Assembly: GCA_944349905.1 (NCBI GenBank) | Contig: CALVNR010000001.1 | Coordinates: forward strand, 66,550 to 130,549 | DNA: 64,000 nucleotides | Direction of reading: 5' to 3' | Origin: an uncultured Clostridia bacterium | GTDB taxonomy: Bacteria; Bacillota; Clostridia; Christensenellales; UBA1242 | In this document: one piece after another, positions 18,834 through 27,552 of the stretch | Layout of the letters: each line of letters starts with the position of its first letter | Position numbering within the stretch: position 1 is the first letter of the stretch | Made by a program: the position numbers and the translations under genes | The notes under the pieces: model-generated | What the model was told of the DNA's origin: nothing | Seen by the model: the letters and a program-made list of their open reading frames with translations, nothing else | Database searches by the model: none

Positions 18834-20003
18834 ATGGTTACATTACAATCAGCTGAAAGTGCTTTAAAAAACGTTTACCTTGGTGTTGTTGCTAATCAAC
18901 TTAATGTAAATGCAAACCCACTTTTAGCAAAAATTAAAAGATCAAGCAAAGATGTCTGGGGAAAAGAAATAAGAAAACTTGCTCCTTTTGGCATTAATGG
19001 TGGTATTGGCGCAGGAAGTGAAACTGCTACATTGCCAAAATCATCTGGAAATAGTTATGTTCAATTTTCTGCCGAACTTAAAAACTTATATGGAAAAATT
19101 GAACTTTCAGACAAAGCAATAAGAGCATCTGCAAACAATATGGGGGCATTTGTAAATCTTCTTTCTGACGAAATGGAAGGGCTTGTTAAGGCAAGTGCGT
19201 TCAATCTTGGAAGAATGCTTTATGGTGACGGAACAGGTTTGCTTGCAACTGTGAAAAGTGCAAGTGGTAAAGTTGTAACTTGTGATAAAGTAAATAACTT
19301 GATTGAAGGAATGCTTGTAGATATTTATACAAATGATTCTTTAACAAAAGCACAACTTAAAATCATTTACGTAGATAGAGTAAATAAAACATTTACTTTT
19401 GAAGGTGAAGCTACAATTTCAGAAAATGACAAAGTTTATGTTCAAGGTTCAAAAGGTTACGAAATTTCTGGTCTTGGAAAAATCTTTGATTCTTCTGCAT
19501 CTTCTATATATGGGGTCAGCAAAGAAACTTATCCTTGGTTAAAACCTTATATTTCTGCACCAGAAGCAGAACAAGAAATTTCTGACATTTTAATTCAAGA
19601 AGCAATTGATAGTCTTGAATTTAACAATGACTCTCAAATTAACTTTATTTCTACATCAGCAGTTGTTCGTAGAGCATATCAAAAATATTTAAGTGCATGC
19701 AAAAGAAATATTGACATAATGCAACTTGAAGGTGGATTCCAAACAATATCTCACAATGGTATACCTGTTGTGGCTGATAGATTTGTTGATGACGACAAAA
19801 TGTATTTGCTTAACACAAATGATTTCACATTGCATGAACTTTGCGACTGGAAATGGCTTGAAGGGGAAGATGGCAGAATTTTAAAACAAAATGCTGACCA
19901 ACCAACTTATAGTGCAACGCTTGTTAAATATGCAGAACTTATTTGCGACAAACCATGCGGACAAGCAATGCTTACAAAAATTAAATCTACAATAACAGAA
20001 TAA
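18834..20003 (+). CDS. phage major capsid-like protein
   Basis: 389 aa with a strong AAGGAG RBS and its own upstream spacer. Motifs such as RMLYGDGTG and the C-terminal DWKWLEGEDGRIL region recall Firmicute phage coat proteins. Position follows the scaffold-like gene. Confidence 0.6.
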   Translation: MVTLQSAESALKNVYLGVVANQLNVNANPLLAKIKRSSKDVWGKEIRKLAPFGINGGIGAGSETATLPKSSGNSYVQFSAELKNLYGKIELSDKAIRASANNMGAFVNLLSDEMEGLVKASAFNLGRMLYGDGTGLLATVKSASGKVVTCDKVNNLIEGMLVDIYTNDSLTKAQLKIIYVDRVNKTFTFEGEATISENDKVYVQGSKGYEISGLGKIFDSSASSIYGVSKETYPWLKPYISAPEAEQEISDILIQEAIDSLEFNNDSQINFISTSAVVRRAYQKYLSACKRNIDIMQLEGGFQTISHNGIPVVADRFVDDDKMYLLNTNDFTLHELCDWKWLEGEDGRILKQNADQPTYSATLVKYAELICDKPCGQAMLTKIKSTITE

Positions 20004-20032
20004 GAGAAAGGCAAATTAATTTGCCTTTCTCT
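20003..20032 (+). terminator. perfect 30-nt palindrome/hairpin after the capsid gene (partial terminator or mRNA stabiliser)
   Basis: AGAGAAAGGCAAATT/AATTTGCCTTTCTCT followed by ATTGTTTT. Confidence 0.4.
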
Positions 20033-20054
20033 ATTGTTTTATCATGAGGAAGAT

Positions 20055-20399
20055 ATGAAAAGAGAAATATTTATCAGCAAAAATGAAAAAGATTATCAAT
20101 TTATTGAAAATGACAATTTGTTTATATGTCAAAGGCTAAGAGAAATAGATAAAAGTTATAGAATAGTTTACAACTTAAAAAAAGAACAGTTTGAAGTTCA
20201 TTGTCTTAGCCAACCAAATGACAGTTATGCTTTTTCAATTCCATACAAAGAGTTGGATGAAAGAACAATAAGCTATGCTTTAAAAACAAGGTGTCAAAAC
20301 ATGGATAAACTTATAGAAGAGATAGACAAGCACAATGAAGAATTGTACAACCAAATGGTAAAACAACAAACAGATAAGATAAAGGAGGCACTATGTTAG
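20055..20399 (+). CDS. hypothetical protein (114 aa) in the capsid operon
   Basis: GAGGAAG RBS before the ATG at 20055. No motif recognised. Confidence 0.5.
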   Translation: MKREIFISKNEKDYQFIENDNLFICQRLREIDKSYRIVYNLKKEQFEVHCLSQPNDSYAFSIPYKELDERTISYALKTRCQNMDKLIEEIDKHNEELYNQMVKQQTDKIKEALC

Positions 20400-20944
20400 T
20401 AAAAGATGTAATAAAGCTTGCAAGTGATTTTACAGAAAATGAAACATTATCAGCAAAAATAGAAAAAGGGACCGAACTTTCTGATGATGAAAATCAAGTT
20501 GTAAACGAACTTGAAAAATGTTTTAATCTTGTAAATAACGAAATAGCAAGTGAGTTTGTGCCAATAAAAAAGATAGAGCAAGTTGAAGTAAGCAATGGAA
20601 AAATTTTGTTTTCAGCTTTTTCAAGCAAACCATTTAAGATATTGTATGTAAAAAACAGTTTAGGAAGAAAAATTAAATACAAAGTGTTTTCAGATTATAT
20701 TTTTGCACTTTGCAAAAAGGCGATAGTTTGTTATAGCACTTTGCCAGAAAATTTGACAATAAATGATGAGTTTGAAACATTTTTACCAGAGCGTATTTAT
20801 GCATATGGAGTTGCAAGAGAATATTATTTTCTTAAAACAAAGTTTGATGATGCAGATATTTGGGAAGAGAGATTTAAAAATAGTTTAGAAATTTTATGCA
20901 GAAAATCAAGTTGTCATAGATTGCCAAGGAGGAGGTGGTTATAA
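20393..20944 (+). CDS. possible head-completion/adaptor protein (183 aa)
   Basis: Position after the coat gene. Ends in LPRRRWL. Size is similar to P22 gp4-class adaptors. TAATG overlap with the next gene. Confidence 0.35.
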   Translation: MLVKDVIKLASDFTENETLSAKIEKGTELSDDENQVVNELEKCFNLVNNEIASEFVPIKKIEQVEVSNGKILFSAFSSKPFKILYVKNSLGRKIKYKVFSDYIFALCKKAIVCYSTLPENLTINDEFETFLPERIYAYGVAREYYFLKTKFDDADIWEERFKNSLEILCRKSSCHRLPRRRWL

Positions 20945-22431
20945 TGTTTTACAGAAACAAACTAACTACCAAGCAGACAAACGAACATACTTTTATATAC
21001 AATATGTTTTCATCGCCAATACAAACAAGCAAAGACGATAGTGTTGTTGATTTCAATTTAACAAAAGAATGTTATAATTTTAAAACACAATCAGGAGCTT
21101 TACAAACAGGTTATGGGTTTGAAGATTTTTCTTGTCCACTAAGCAAAACTGATTTGCAAACAGAAGAAAAAGTTGCAACAAGAGGCAATGAAATCAGTGA
21201 GTTATGGGATTTTGTGTGGTACGACGAAGATTTTAACGAAAACAGATATTATAGCATGTATTACAATGATGAAAACCGAGTTTGCTATGATGACATGTTT
21301 GACGAAAGACCTGCAACATTGGTTATAAACACCAATTTTACAAGCACACCGATAGGAATAAAATACAAACTTAATGGTATAGATAGCATGATTTTGTCAG
21401 GTGAAGGCGACAATTTAAGAGTTTTGCAAGGTCAAAATCAATTTTCAAGCGAAACTGCTCCAAAAATGATTTCCATATGTGCACACTACTCAAAACTTTT
21501 TGCAATCACAGCAGAAGCAAGAGGAAGACTTGTTTACAGCGACAACTTAAACGTTCTTGAATGGAGTGATGACCTTACCAAAAATCTTGACTTTTCAGAT
21601 GGCAGGGGAAATCTAACAAAAATAGTTGCATTTAATGATTATGTGTATTTGTTTCGCGAATATGGCATAACAAAAATTTCCGAATACTCATCAGACAGCG
21701 AATTTTCTATAAGTCATTTGTATCAGTCGGATAGTTATATTTATCCAAATTCAATAGCGCATGGTGGCGATAAAATATTTTTCTTAGAAAAGTCTGGGTT
21801 AAAATATTTTAACGGTTCATCTGTAAAAAATATAGAACTTGAAGAGACAAAATTATTGTCACCAGAAAACTTGAATTGTGTTGGACAATGTTATGAAGGA
21901 AAGTACTTTCTTGCTTGTTTAATGATCTTTGACGGCGAGAAAGTAGGTTGTGAAAATTCACAGCAGGGCTATAAGAATAATGCTTTGCTCGTTTATGATG
22001 ACACAACTTCCCATGTTGATATTACAAGAGGTGTAGATATAAGAAAAATGCTTGCATTAAACAATCCATACAAATCAAAGTTTATTGCTTGTTTTTATAA
22101 TGACAACAAAGCAAAACTTGGTCAATTATGCACAAAATCAAAATGTTTTACTCAACCATTGCCTAGCAAATGGAAAAGTGTTACAACAGATTTTGGTTTC
22201 CAAGGAAAAAACAAAAGAGTTCGAAGTTTTTTAATAAAAACACTCTTCCCTTGTTCTGTAAAATTTGAAAGCGATAATGAAACAAAAACTTTTCAAGTGC
22301 CAGCATCGCAAAAGGTGCAAGAGATAAGAGCAAATGTTTGTGGAAAAGAATTTTCCGTTGAAATAACATCAACAAATCAAGAAACTTCAAAAATATCAAA
22401 CTTTGTGCTTAATTTGGGGGTTGAAAAATAA
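20944..22431 (+). CDS. possible head-completion/nozzle-like structural protein (495 aa)
   Basis: AGGAGGAGG RBS. Repetitive beta-rich sequence. Size and position parallel P22 gp10-class proteins. No enzymatic motif seen. Confidence 0.35.
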   Translation: MFYRNKLTTKQTNEHTFIYNMFSSPIQTSKDDSVVDFNLTKECYNFKTQSGALQTGYGFEDFSCPLSKTDLQTEEKVATRGNEISELWDFVWYDEDFNENRYYSMYYNDENRVCYDDMFDERPATLVINTNFTSTPIGIKYKLNGIDSMILSGEGDNLRVLQGQNQFSSETAPKMISICAHYSKLFAITAEARGRLVYSDNLNVLEWSDDLTKNLDFSDGRGNLTKIVAFNDYVYLFREYGITKISEYSSDSEFSISHLYQSDSYIYPNSIAHGGDKIFFLEKSGLKYFNGSSVKNIELEETKLLSPENLNCVGQCYEGKYFLACLMIFDGEKVGCENSQQGYKNNALLVYDDTTSHVDITRGVDIRKMLALNNPYKSKFIACFYNDNKAKLGQLCTKSKCFTQPLPSKWKSVTTDFGFQGKNKRVRSFLIKTLFPCSVKFESDNETKTFQVPASQKVQEIRANVCGKEFSVEITSTNQETSKISNFVLNLGVEK

Positions 22432-22530
22432 TTTTTTCAAAATGACAAGACATGTTTTAAGTCGGACAATTAAAGACGGAGGTACTATGAAAAATTCTCT
22501 ATCATTAAGAAATGACTTAAAAGGAAAACT

Positions 22531-22755
22531 ATGGATTTTTGGGAAGAATTTTTGAGAGTTGTTGTAAGCAACGGAATTTTTGCTATCCTTTTTGTTTTTC
22601 TGTTTTTTTGGCAACTGAAAGACAGCGAAAAAAGAGAAGATGCATACAGAGAAACCATTGCCAACCTTACACAACATTTGCAAACTATTGAACAGTTGCA
22701 CGAAGAAGTAAAGCAATTAAAAGAAATATTGGAGAACAACGACAATGAAAAATAA
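22531..22755 (+). CDS. BhlA/UviB-family holin-like protein
   Basis: SNGIFAILFVFLFFWQLKDSEKREDAYRETI closely parallels UviB/BhlA (QGAFAILF...KENSKREDKYQ). Single TM plus coiled coil. Confidence 0.8.
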   Translation: MDFWEEFLRVVVSNGIFAILFVFLFFWQLKDSEKREDAYRETIANLTQHLQTIEQLHEEVKQLKEILENNDNEK

Positions 22756-23020
22756 AATAAAATCATACAGTTTTTGGACTGCTCTTTCTGGTGCTGTCGT
22801 TGTGCTTTTGCAAGCCCTTGGCAAGTGCTTTGGCTTTTCAATTGACAGCGATATTGTAACAGGCATCATTATGGCTGTTGCTGGTATATTGGTTGTTTTT
22901 GGTGTTGTTTCTATGCCAAATTCAAATAATGACCAACAAAACAATCAAACTGACAATACAGAAAGTTGTGATGAAGAAACAGTTGCAAAAGATGACAGCA
23001 CAGAAGATGAAGAAAAATAA
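22745..23020 (+). CDS. phage holin (two-TM, SPP1/phage_holin_1-like)
   Basis: KSYSFWTALSGAVVVLLQALGKCFG plus a second TM GIIMAVAGILVVFGVV and a polar acidic tail. Overlaps the bhlA-like gene. Confidence 0.7.
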   Translation: MKNKIKSYSFWTALSGAVVVLLQALGKCFGFSIDSDIVTGIIMAVAGILVVFGVVSMPNSNNDQQNNQTDNTESCDEETVAKDDSTEDEEK

Positions 23021-23023
23021 ATG

Positions 23024-23051
23024 AAAAACGGGCTTAAAAACCCGTTTTTTT
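23024..23051 (+). terminator. intrinsic terminator ending the capsid/holin operon
   Basis: ACGGG/CCCGT hairpin with A-run, then T7. Confidence 0.8.
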
Positions 23052-23103
23052 GTTTTTATAACTATTTTTGCTTAACTAGACAGTCTTTTTTTTAAGAAAA
23101 CTA

Positions 23104-23132
23104 TTGAAATTTTGACTTTTGTATGTTAAAAT
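23104..23132 (+). promoter_or_regulatory. sigma-A type promoter
   Basis: TTGAAA, 17 nt, TAAAAT with TGt extended -10. Confidence 0.5.
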
Positions 23133-23171
23133 ATGCATGGAGTAAGATTTTATACTTAAAGAGGAGAGGTT

Positions 23172-25190
23172 ATGAAAAAAGATTTAAAAAAGGTAGAAAA
23201 TACAATTAAAGCACCTGATTATGACTTAATGCCAGCAAAAGAACCAACAAAAATTTCAAAATGGAGAGTTTTTAAAGCTTGGCTTAATGCTAGTTGGGAA
23301 GACTTTAAATCTCATATGAAAAATGGTGGCTGGAAAAAAGGCGCTGCCGTTGCATCTGTTGCCATTGTTGCACCTATCGTTTTGGCAGGTTGCGTGCTTG
23401 AAACTCAAGCAACAGAAGTTGTTGTCCAAGACAAAGAATTTGCTTCTTTTGACCAAGTTCAAGCATTCTTGGGTGATGAATATAGTATAAATCAAACTAT
23501 AAAAGAAACTGTTGAAGATTATGCAAAAGATACTTATGGACAAAACGCAAAAGTCTTTTCTGTTGTTTCACAAGGCAAAAACACACTTGAAGGAAATATC
23601 TTTGCTGTTGTTGAAAACGAAGGCAAAATTCATGTGCTTGAAATAGAAAACAATGCAGACCTTTCTATGTTTAAGGGAAAGGAATATAAAGCAGACACAT
23701 ATTCTTTTGAAAACAATACATTAAAATTTTCTGTTGATGGAAAAGAACAAACTGTTGACCTTGCAGAAATTCCTTATGTTAATGACGGCGAAACAGGAAA
23801 CTTGACAACTTTTGAAAATATAAATTCTTTTGAAAATGCACTTAGTGGTGCTGTAAAAAGTGCAAACGAAATTGAAACTCTTTCAAACTCAATGGACGCA
23901 AGCCAAAAAGAAATTTTCAACCTTGTTGTTTCAACTTTTGCATCAGAAAACTTTAAAGCACAATTCCCTACAATAAACGCATCTTACAATGCTCAAACAG
24001 ACACAACAACAGCAGAGTTTAAGTTTGCAAAAGGGACAAATGAAATTACAACAATGACTTTCTCATTTGCTGGTGATGTTACAAATGGAGACGGGACACT
24101 CAACCTTGACAAAGTTCAAGTTGACAAAGATACAAACTACACACAAAATACAACAACTATTTGTGATGAATATAAAGAAATTTATTCAAACAAAGATGCA
24201 GTCATCAATTCAACAGAAATCACAAAAGAAAATGAAGGCGAACAAGGTGGAGAGTCAAGTGTTGTGATTGACCAAATACAATACAATGATTTAAACGAAT
24301 TTTTCACAAATCTCTCAGAAACAGAACTTGAGAATTTTAAAACTTCTCTTGCAGAAAAAATTTCTGATAGTGCTTTGACACCAAAAATGTTAGTAGGTTT
24401 GTTTGGAGCAGGAACTAGTATAGATCAAGTGAAAGTGCTCAAAATTGCTTTAAATTATGGTGAAGAAGACAAAATCTCAAAACTTGAAGTTCTTTTGGAA
24501 AAAACTACTGATACAAACAAAGATATATCAACTTTGGAAATGAATTTGTCATCAAGTTTTGGAATTCAAGATTTAAAGAAAGCAAATTATAAAGGCAACG
24601 GAATAAAAGAAATACTTGATGAAAATAATGAATTGATTGGCATAAGTTTTGTTAAGAACAGCGAAACTGTTACTTTGACAAATGAAAATTGTTTTTTACA
24701 AAAAAATGATGACGGCTCATATACTGTAATTGACTATACAACGATGAAATCATCTGTTGTTTCATCTGAAAATAAAAACTATGTAAAAGAAACAGCAACT
24801 GTTAAAATTCCAACGGAAGAGCAAAAAGACCTTTTCAATCTTTTAATGCCTTATACAGTAAGTGAAAAAAAAATGTTTAGTCATATAACTGTGAGTTATA
24901 TGAGTAGCACAAATCCGAATTTCCCTAAAAGAGATTGCTATACATTTCAACTTAAAGGATATAATAGTCAGACAAATCACTTTGAACATCATGAAATTGT
25001 TGTTCCTGTCAGTGATGCAACAGCAGATAAGGTTAAAGATAAAATTTCAGGTTCGCTTTTAAAGGGTGAATATAAAAGCCAGATTAAAGAAGACAAAGAA
25101 ATGATTTCTGGCGATATAATGCTTGAAATGGAAGAAAATCAAGATGTTTATAAAATAACACCAAAAGTTTTGCAGATAGAAAAAGAATAA
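23172..25190 (+). CDS. large membrane-anchored or lipoprotein-like hypothetical protein (672 aa)
   Basis: GAGGAGAGG RBS. About 55 aa cytoplasmic N-terminus, then the hydrophobic segment AAVASVAIVAPIVLAGC (lipobox-like LAGC). The remainder is Thr/Asn/Glu-rich and extracellular-looking. Confidence 0.6.
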   Translation: MKKDLKKVENTIKAPDYDLMPAKEPTKISKWRVFKAWLNASWEDFKSHMKNGGWKKGAAVASVAIVAPIVLAGCVLETQATEVVVQDKEFASFDQVQAFLGDEYSINQTIKETVEDYAKDTYGQNAKVFSVVSQGKNTLEGNIFAVVENEGKIHVLEIENNADLSMFKGKEYKADTYSFENNTLKFSVDGKEQTVDLAEIPYVNDGETGNLTTFENINSFENALSGAVKSANEIETLSNSMDASQKEIFNLVVSTFASENFKAQFPTINASYNAQTDTTTAEFKFAKGTNEITTMTFSFAGDVTNGDGTLNLDKVQVDKDTNYTQNTTTICDEYKEIYSNKDAVINSTEITKENEGEQGGESSVVIDQIQYNDLNEFFTNLSETELENFKTSLAEKISDSALTPKMLVGLFGAGTSIDQVKVLKIALNYGEEDKISKLEVLLEKTTDTNKDISTLEMNLSSSFGIQDLKKANYKGNGIKEILDENNELIGISFVKNSETVTLTNENCFLQKNDDGSYTVIDYTTMKSSVVSSENKNYVKETATVKIPTEEQKDLFNLLMPYTVSEKKMFSHITVSYMSSTNPNFPKRDCYTFQLKGYNSQTNHFEHHEIVVPVSDATADKVKDKISGSLLKGEYKSQIKEDKEMISGDIMLEMEENQDVYKITPKVLQIEKE

Positions 25191-25217
25191 AAAAATCGGC
25201 ATTGCCGATTTTTTTGT
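25190..25217 (+). terminator. intrinsic terminator
   Basis: ATCGGC/GCCGAT hairpin flanked by A7 and T7. Confidence 0.75.
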
Positions 25218-25278
25218 TGAAAAAAGAAAATAAAACAAAAAACTTGATTTTTATTGACAAAAAGGTTACAATAAAATT

Positions 25279-27474
25279 ATGAAAAAGTTTTTAAGCAAAC
25301 TATTTAGCATCTTAATGATTTTGACAATGTGTTTTGCTGGGACTGGTTGCCTTGAAATTTTTGGTGTTGGCGATGGTCTAGATTTTTTCAACGACCTTTG
25401 GGAAAAGTTCCAAAATGGCGATATTTCGGAAGAAGAGTATTATGAGCAACTTGCAAACAGTCAATCAACACCACTATATGGCACCAAAGTTTTGTATAGA
25501 CCAGACCATTATGACTTTAACGAAGGCTCTGGTGGAACGGAAGAAGAAGAAAATGATTATTATGGGAAATATGCTTGGAGTATTTTAAGTAGGCTATATT
25601 TGATTTACGGTGTATCAGATATAAATAACATTGATATTGTAGATTATGATTTATTTAATGATTTTGATCCAAACAATTTGCCATATCTTTATGATAGTAT
25701 TCGTTATCAAGTTGACAAACAAGCAGTTGTTTCAAAAGCAATCAAATTTGAAAATGATAGTTGGGTTGATGACAACCTAGACAATAATTATGTTATGTTG
25801 TCAGCAGACTTTAACAATGCTTGGACTTGGTCTTTTGATAGTGATTTGGATGGTGATTTAAGTGTTGGGTTAAAGGCAACAGGGAATTATATTAAACCAA
25901 ACGATGCTGACATATTAGAATCGTTTATTTACAATTCTCAAATTCAATCATATTATGATCCTTATTTTTATAACAATATTGATCCAAACGATTATCAAAA
26001 AGTTCAAGAATATTTGGCTGGTGACGGTGTTTTGGGTGGACATTATAGTGATGTATCAAATAATTACCTTTCTGTATATTTGGGAACTAGTTCTGCAATG
26101 GAAACAGAAACTGAAAATTATTCTGACTTTGTAAAGGCGCTTGAATATGTGATTTATAGTTACAGTCTTGACCTTACTCCCGGGGAAGTGGTTGTTGATA
26201 TTGGCAAAAATGGGGACAAGTATTATCAAGTGAGTGTTATTGAAACAGTAAATGGACTTCAACAACAATTGACTGTTGACCAAGCGCTGTCGCAAATCAA
26301 AGAGAAGTTTGATAGGCTTGGTTCTTATGTAGGAATTGCAGAAAGAAACAAAATCAAAATTCAAAACTGGATACTTGACAATGTGATTGGTCAAAATGCA
26401 ATGGCAAATGATGATGTAACTGTTTACTCAGGGGCAACACAAATCACTTATAATGAAACAACATTTGTTGCAACAAGTGTAGCAGAAGCAAACAGCATTT
26501 TGAAGAGTTTGGGTGCTAGTGTAACTCTTCCAGAAAATTCTATTAATACAACTTTTAAAAGCGAAGAAGTAGGCAGAGATTATGCAAACACAGTAGAAAA
26601 AATCATTGACGGTGTTTGTAGTGATGTTACTATTGGTAGCAATGAAGATGAAGATGTTAATGTTGATGAGCGTTTCCTTGCATCAGAGATTATTGAATAC
26701 TATGGCAATGCATTTGCTCCTGGTGGAGATGAAGATCCATTCCCATACTTTGAAGATTTTGAAAGTGGAAAAGGTTCAAGAGCAATAAGACCACTTGAAT
26801 ATCAAAGCGCTGTAATCATGTTTAAGGAAGAAGTCAATGTTCAAAGTTTGGTTGTTGCTTTCCAATATGATGCAGACTTAGACGGATATCAAACGGCAAC
26901 AGGTGAGGTATTTGACGGAAGCAGATATTTGACTATTGAGGTAGGTCTAAACTATTTCAATCATGCAACAGGACAAAAGACTGTTGTTCAGACAAAGACA
27001 GTCAATGTTCCAGACGGCAAACTTAGCGACATTATGGGTGATGATGACCTAGACGAGGCAAGCAAGAAGGCAGGAATAGATTTTGCTCAAAGTGTTGATT
27101 TTGGACTTGAAGATCCTATCTTAGGTGATAGAAACAAAGATTTGATATGTGGGCCATTTAATGTGGACATTGGAAACGGAATTTTAAAAACAGATGTAGG
27201 AAGAAATGATTATCGTGGCAACCCATTTGTTTCACAAGACCCTATTACAATTGTAGGAACAACTGCTGTTAAAGATTATTATGAAATAATAGAACCAACG
27301 GAAGAACAAATAGCACAAGGTGAAACTTATTTGACAGGTCAACTTAATGCAGAAAGATTTAAAGGTAGTGATGGTTGTGATTATTTGGAAGTAACATACA
27401 GAGTTATAAAAAAGGTTGGAGATACCACAACAAATTATAGGTTCTATACAGGAATAACAGTATCAACAGAATAA
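25279..27474 (+). CDS. large putative lipoprotein (731 aa), function unknown
   Basis: Signal peptide MKKFLSKLFSILMILTMCFAGTGC with a Cys-containing lipobox-like end. Asp/Asn/Tyr-rich mature part. Confidence 0.6.
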   Translation: MKKFLSKLFSILMILTMCFAGTGCLEIFGVGDGLDFFNDLWEKFQNGDISEEEYYEQLANSQSTPLYGTKVLYRPDHYDFNEGSGGTEEEENDYYGKYAWSILSRLYLIYGVSDINNIDIVDYDLFNDFDPNNLPYLYDSIRYQVDKQAVVSKAIKFENDSWVDDNLDNNYVMLSADFNNAWTWSFDSDLDGDLSVGLKATGNYIKPNDADILESFIYNSQIQSYYDPYFYNNIDPNDYQKVQEYLAGDGVLGGHYSDVSNNYLSVYLGTSSAMETETENYSDFVKALEYVIYSYSLDLTPGEVVVDIGKNGDKYYQVSVIETVNGLQQQLTVDQALSQIKEKFDRLGSYVGIAERNKIKIQNWILDNVIGQNAMANDDVTVYSGATQITYNETTFVATSVAEANSILKSLGASVTLPENSINTTFKSEEVGRDYANTVEKIIDGVCSDVTIGSNEDEDVNVDERFLASEIIEYYGNAFAPGGDEDPFPYFEDFESGKGSRAIRPLEYQSAVIMFKEEVNVQSLVVAFQYDADLDGYQTATGEVFDGSRYLTIEVGLNYFNHATGQKTVVQTKTVNVPDGKLSDIMGDDDLDEASKKAGIDFAQSVDFGLEDPILGDRNKDLICGPFNVDIGNGILKTDVGRNDYRGNPFVSQDPITIVGTTAVKDYYEIIEPTEEQIAQGETYLTGQLNAERFKGSDGCDYLEVTYRVIKKVGDTTTNYRFYTGITVSTE

Positions 27475-27507
27475 AAGATTTGCATAAAAGCAAATCTTTT
27501 TTGTTTT
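27473..27507 (+). terminator. intrinsic terminator
   Basis: AAAAGATTTGC/GCAAATCTTTT hairpin plus T-run. Confidence 0.8.
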
Positions 27508-27552
27508 TTAATCAATTTTCTTTATTTTTTCTACAATTTTTGATAAAATTTT

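Noticed and set aside
22487-22555. 22-codon ORF (MKNSLSLRNDLKGKLWIFGKNF) with a GGAGG 4 nt upstream
   Set aside because: It is too short, the RBS spacing is tight, and it overlaps the start of the bhlA-like gene. I cannot support it as a gene without conservation data.
15723-23051. Interpretation as a complete, inducible prophage
   Set aside because: No integrase, repressor, replication genes, large terminase, tail or endolysin ORF appears anywhere in the window. I found no flanking direct repeats. Only head-type genes and holins are present.
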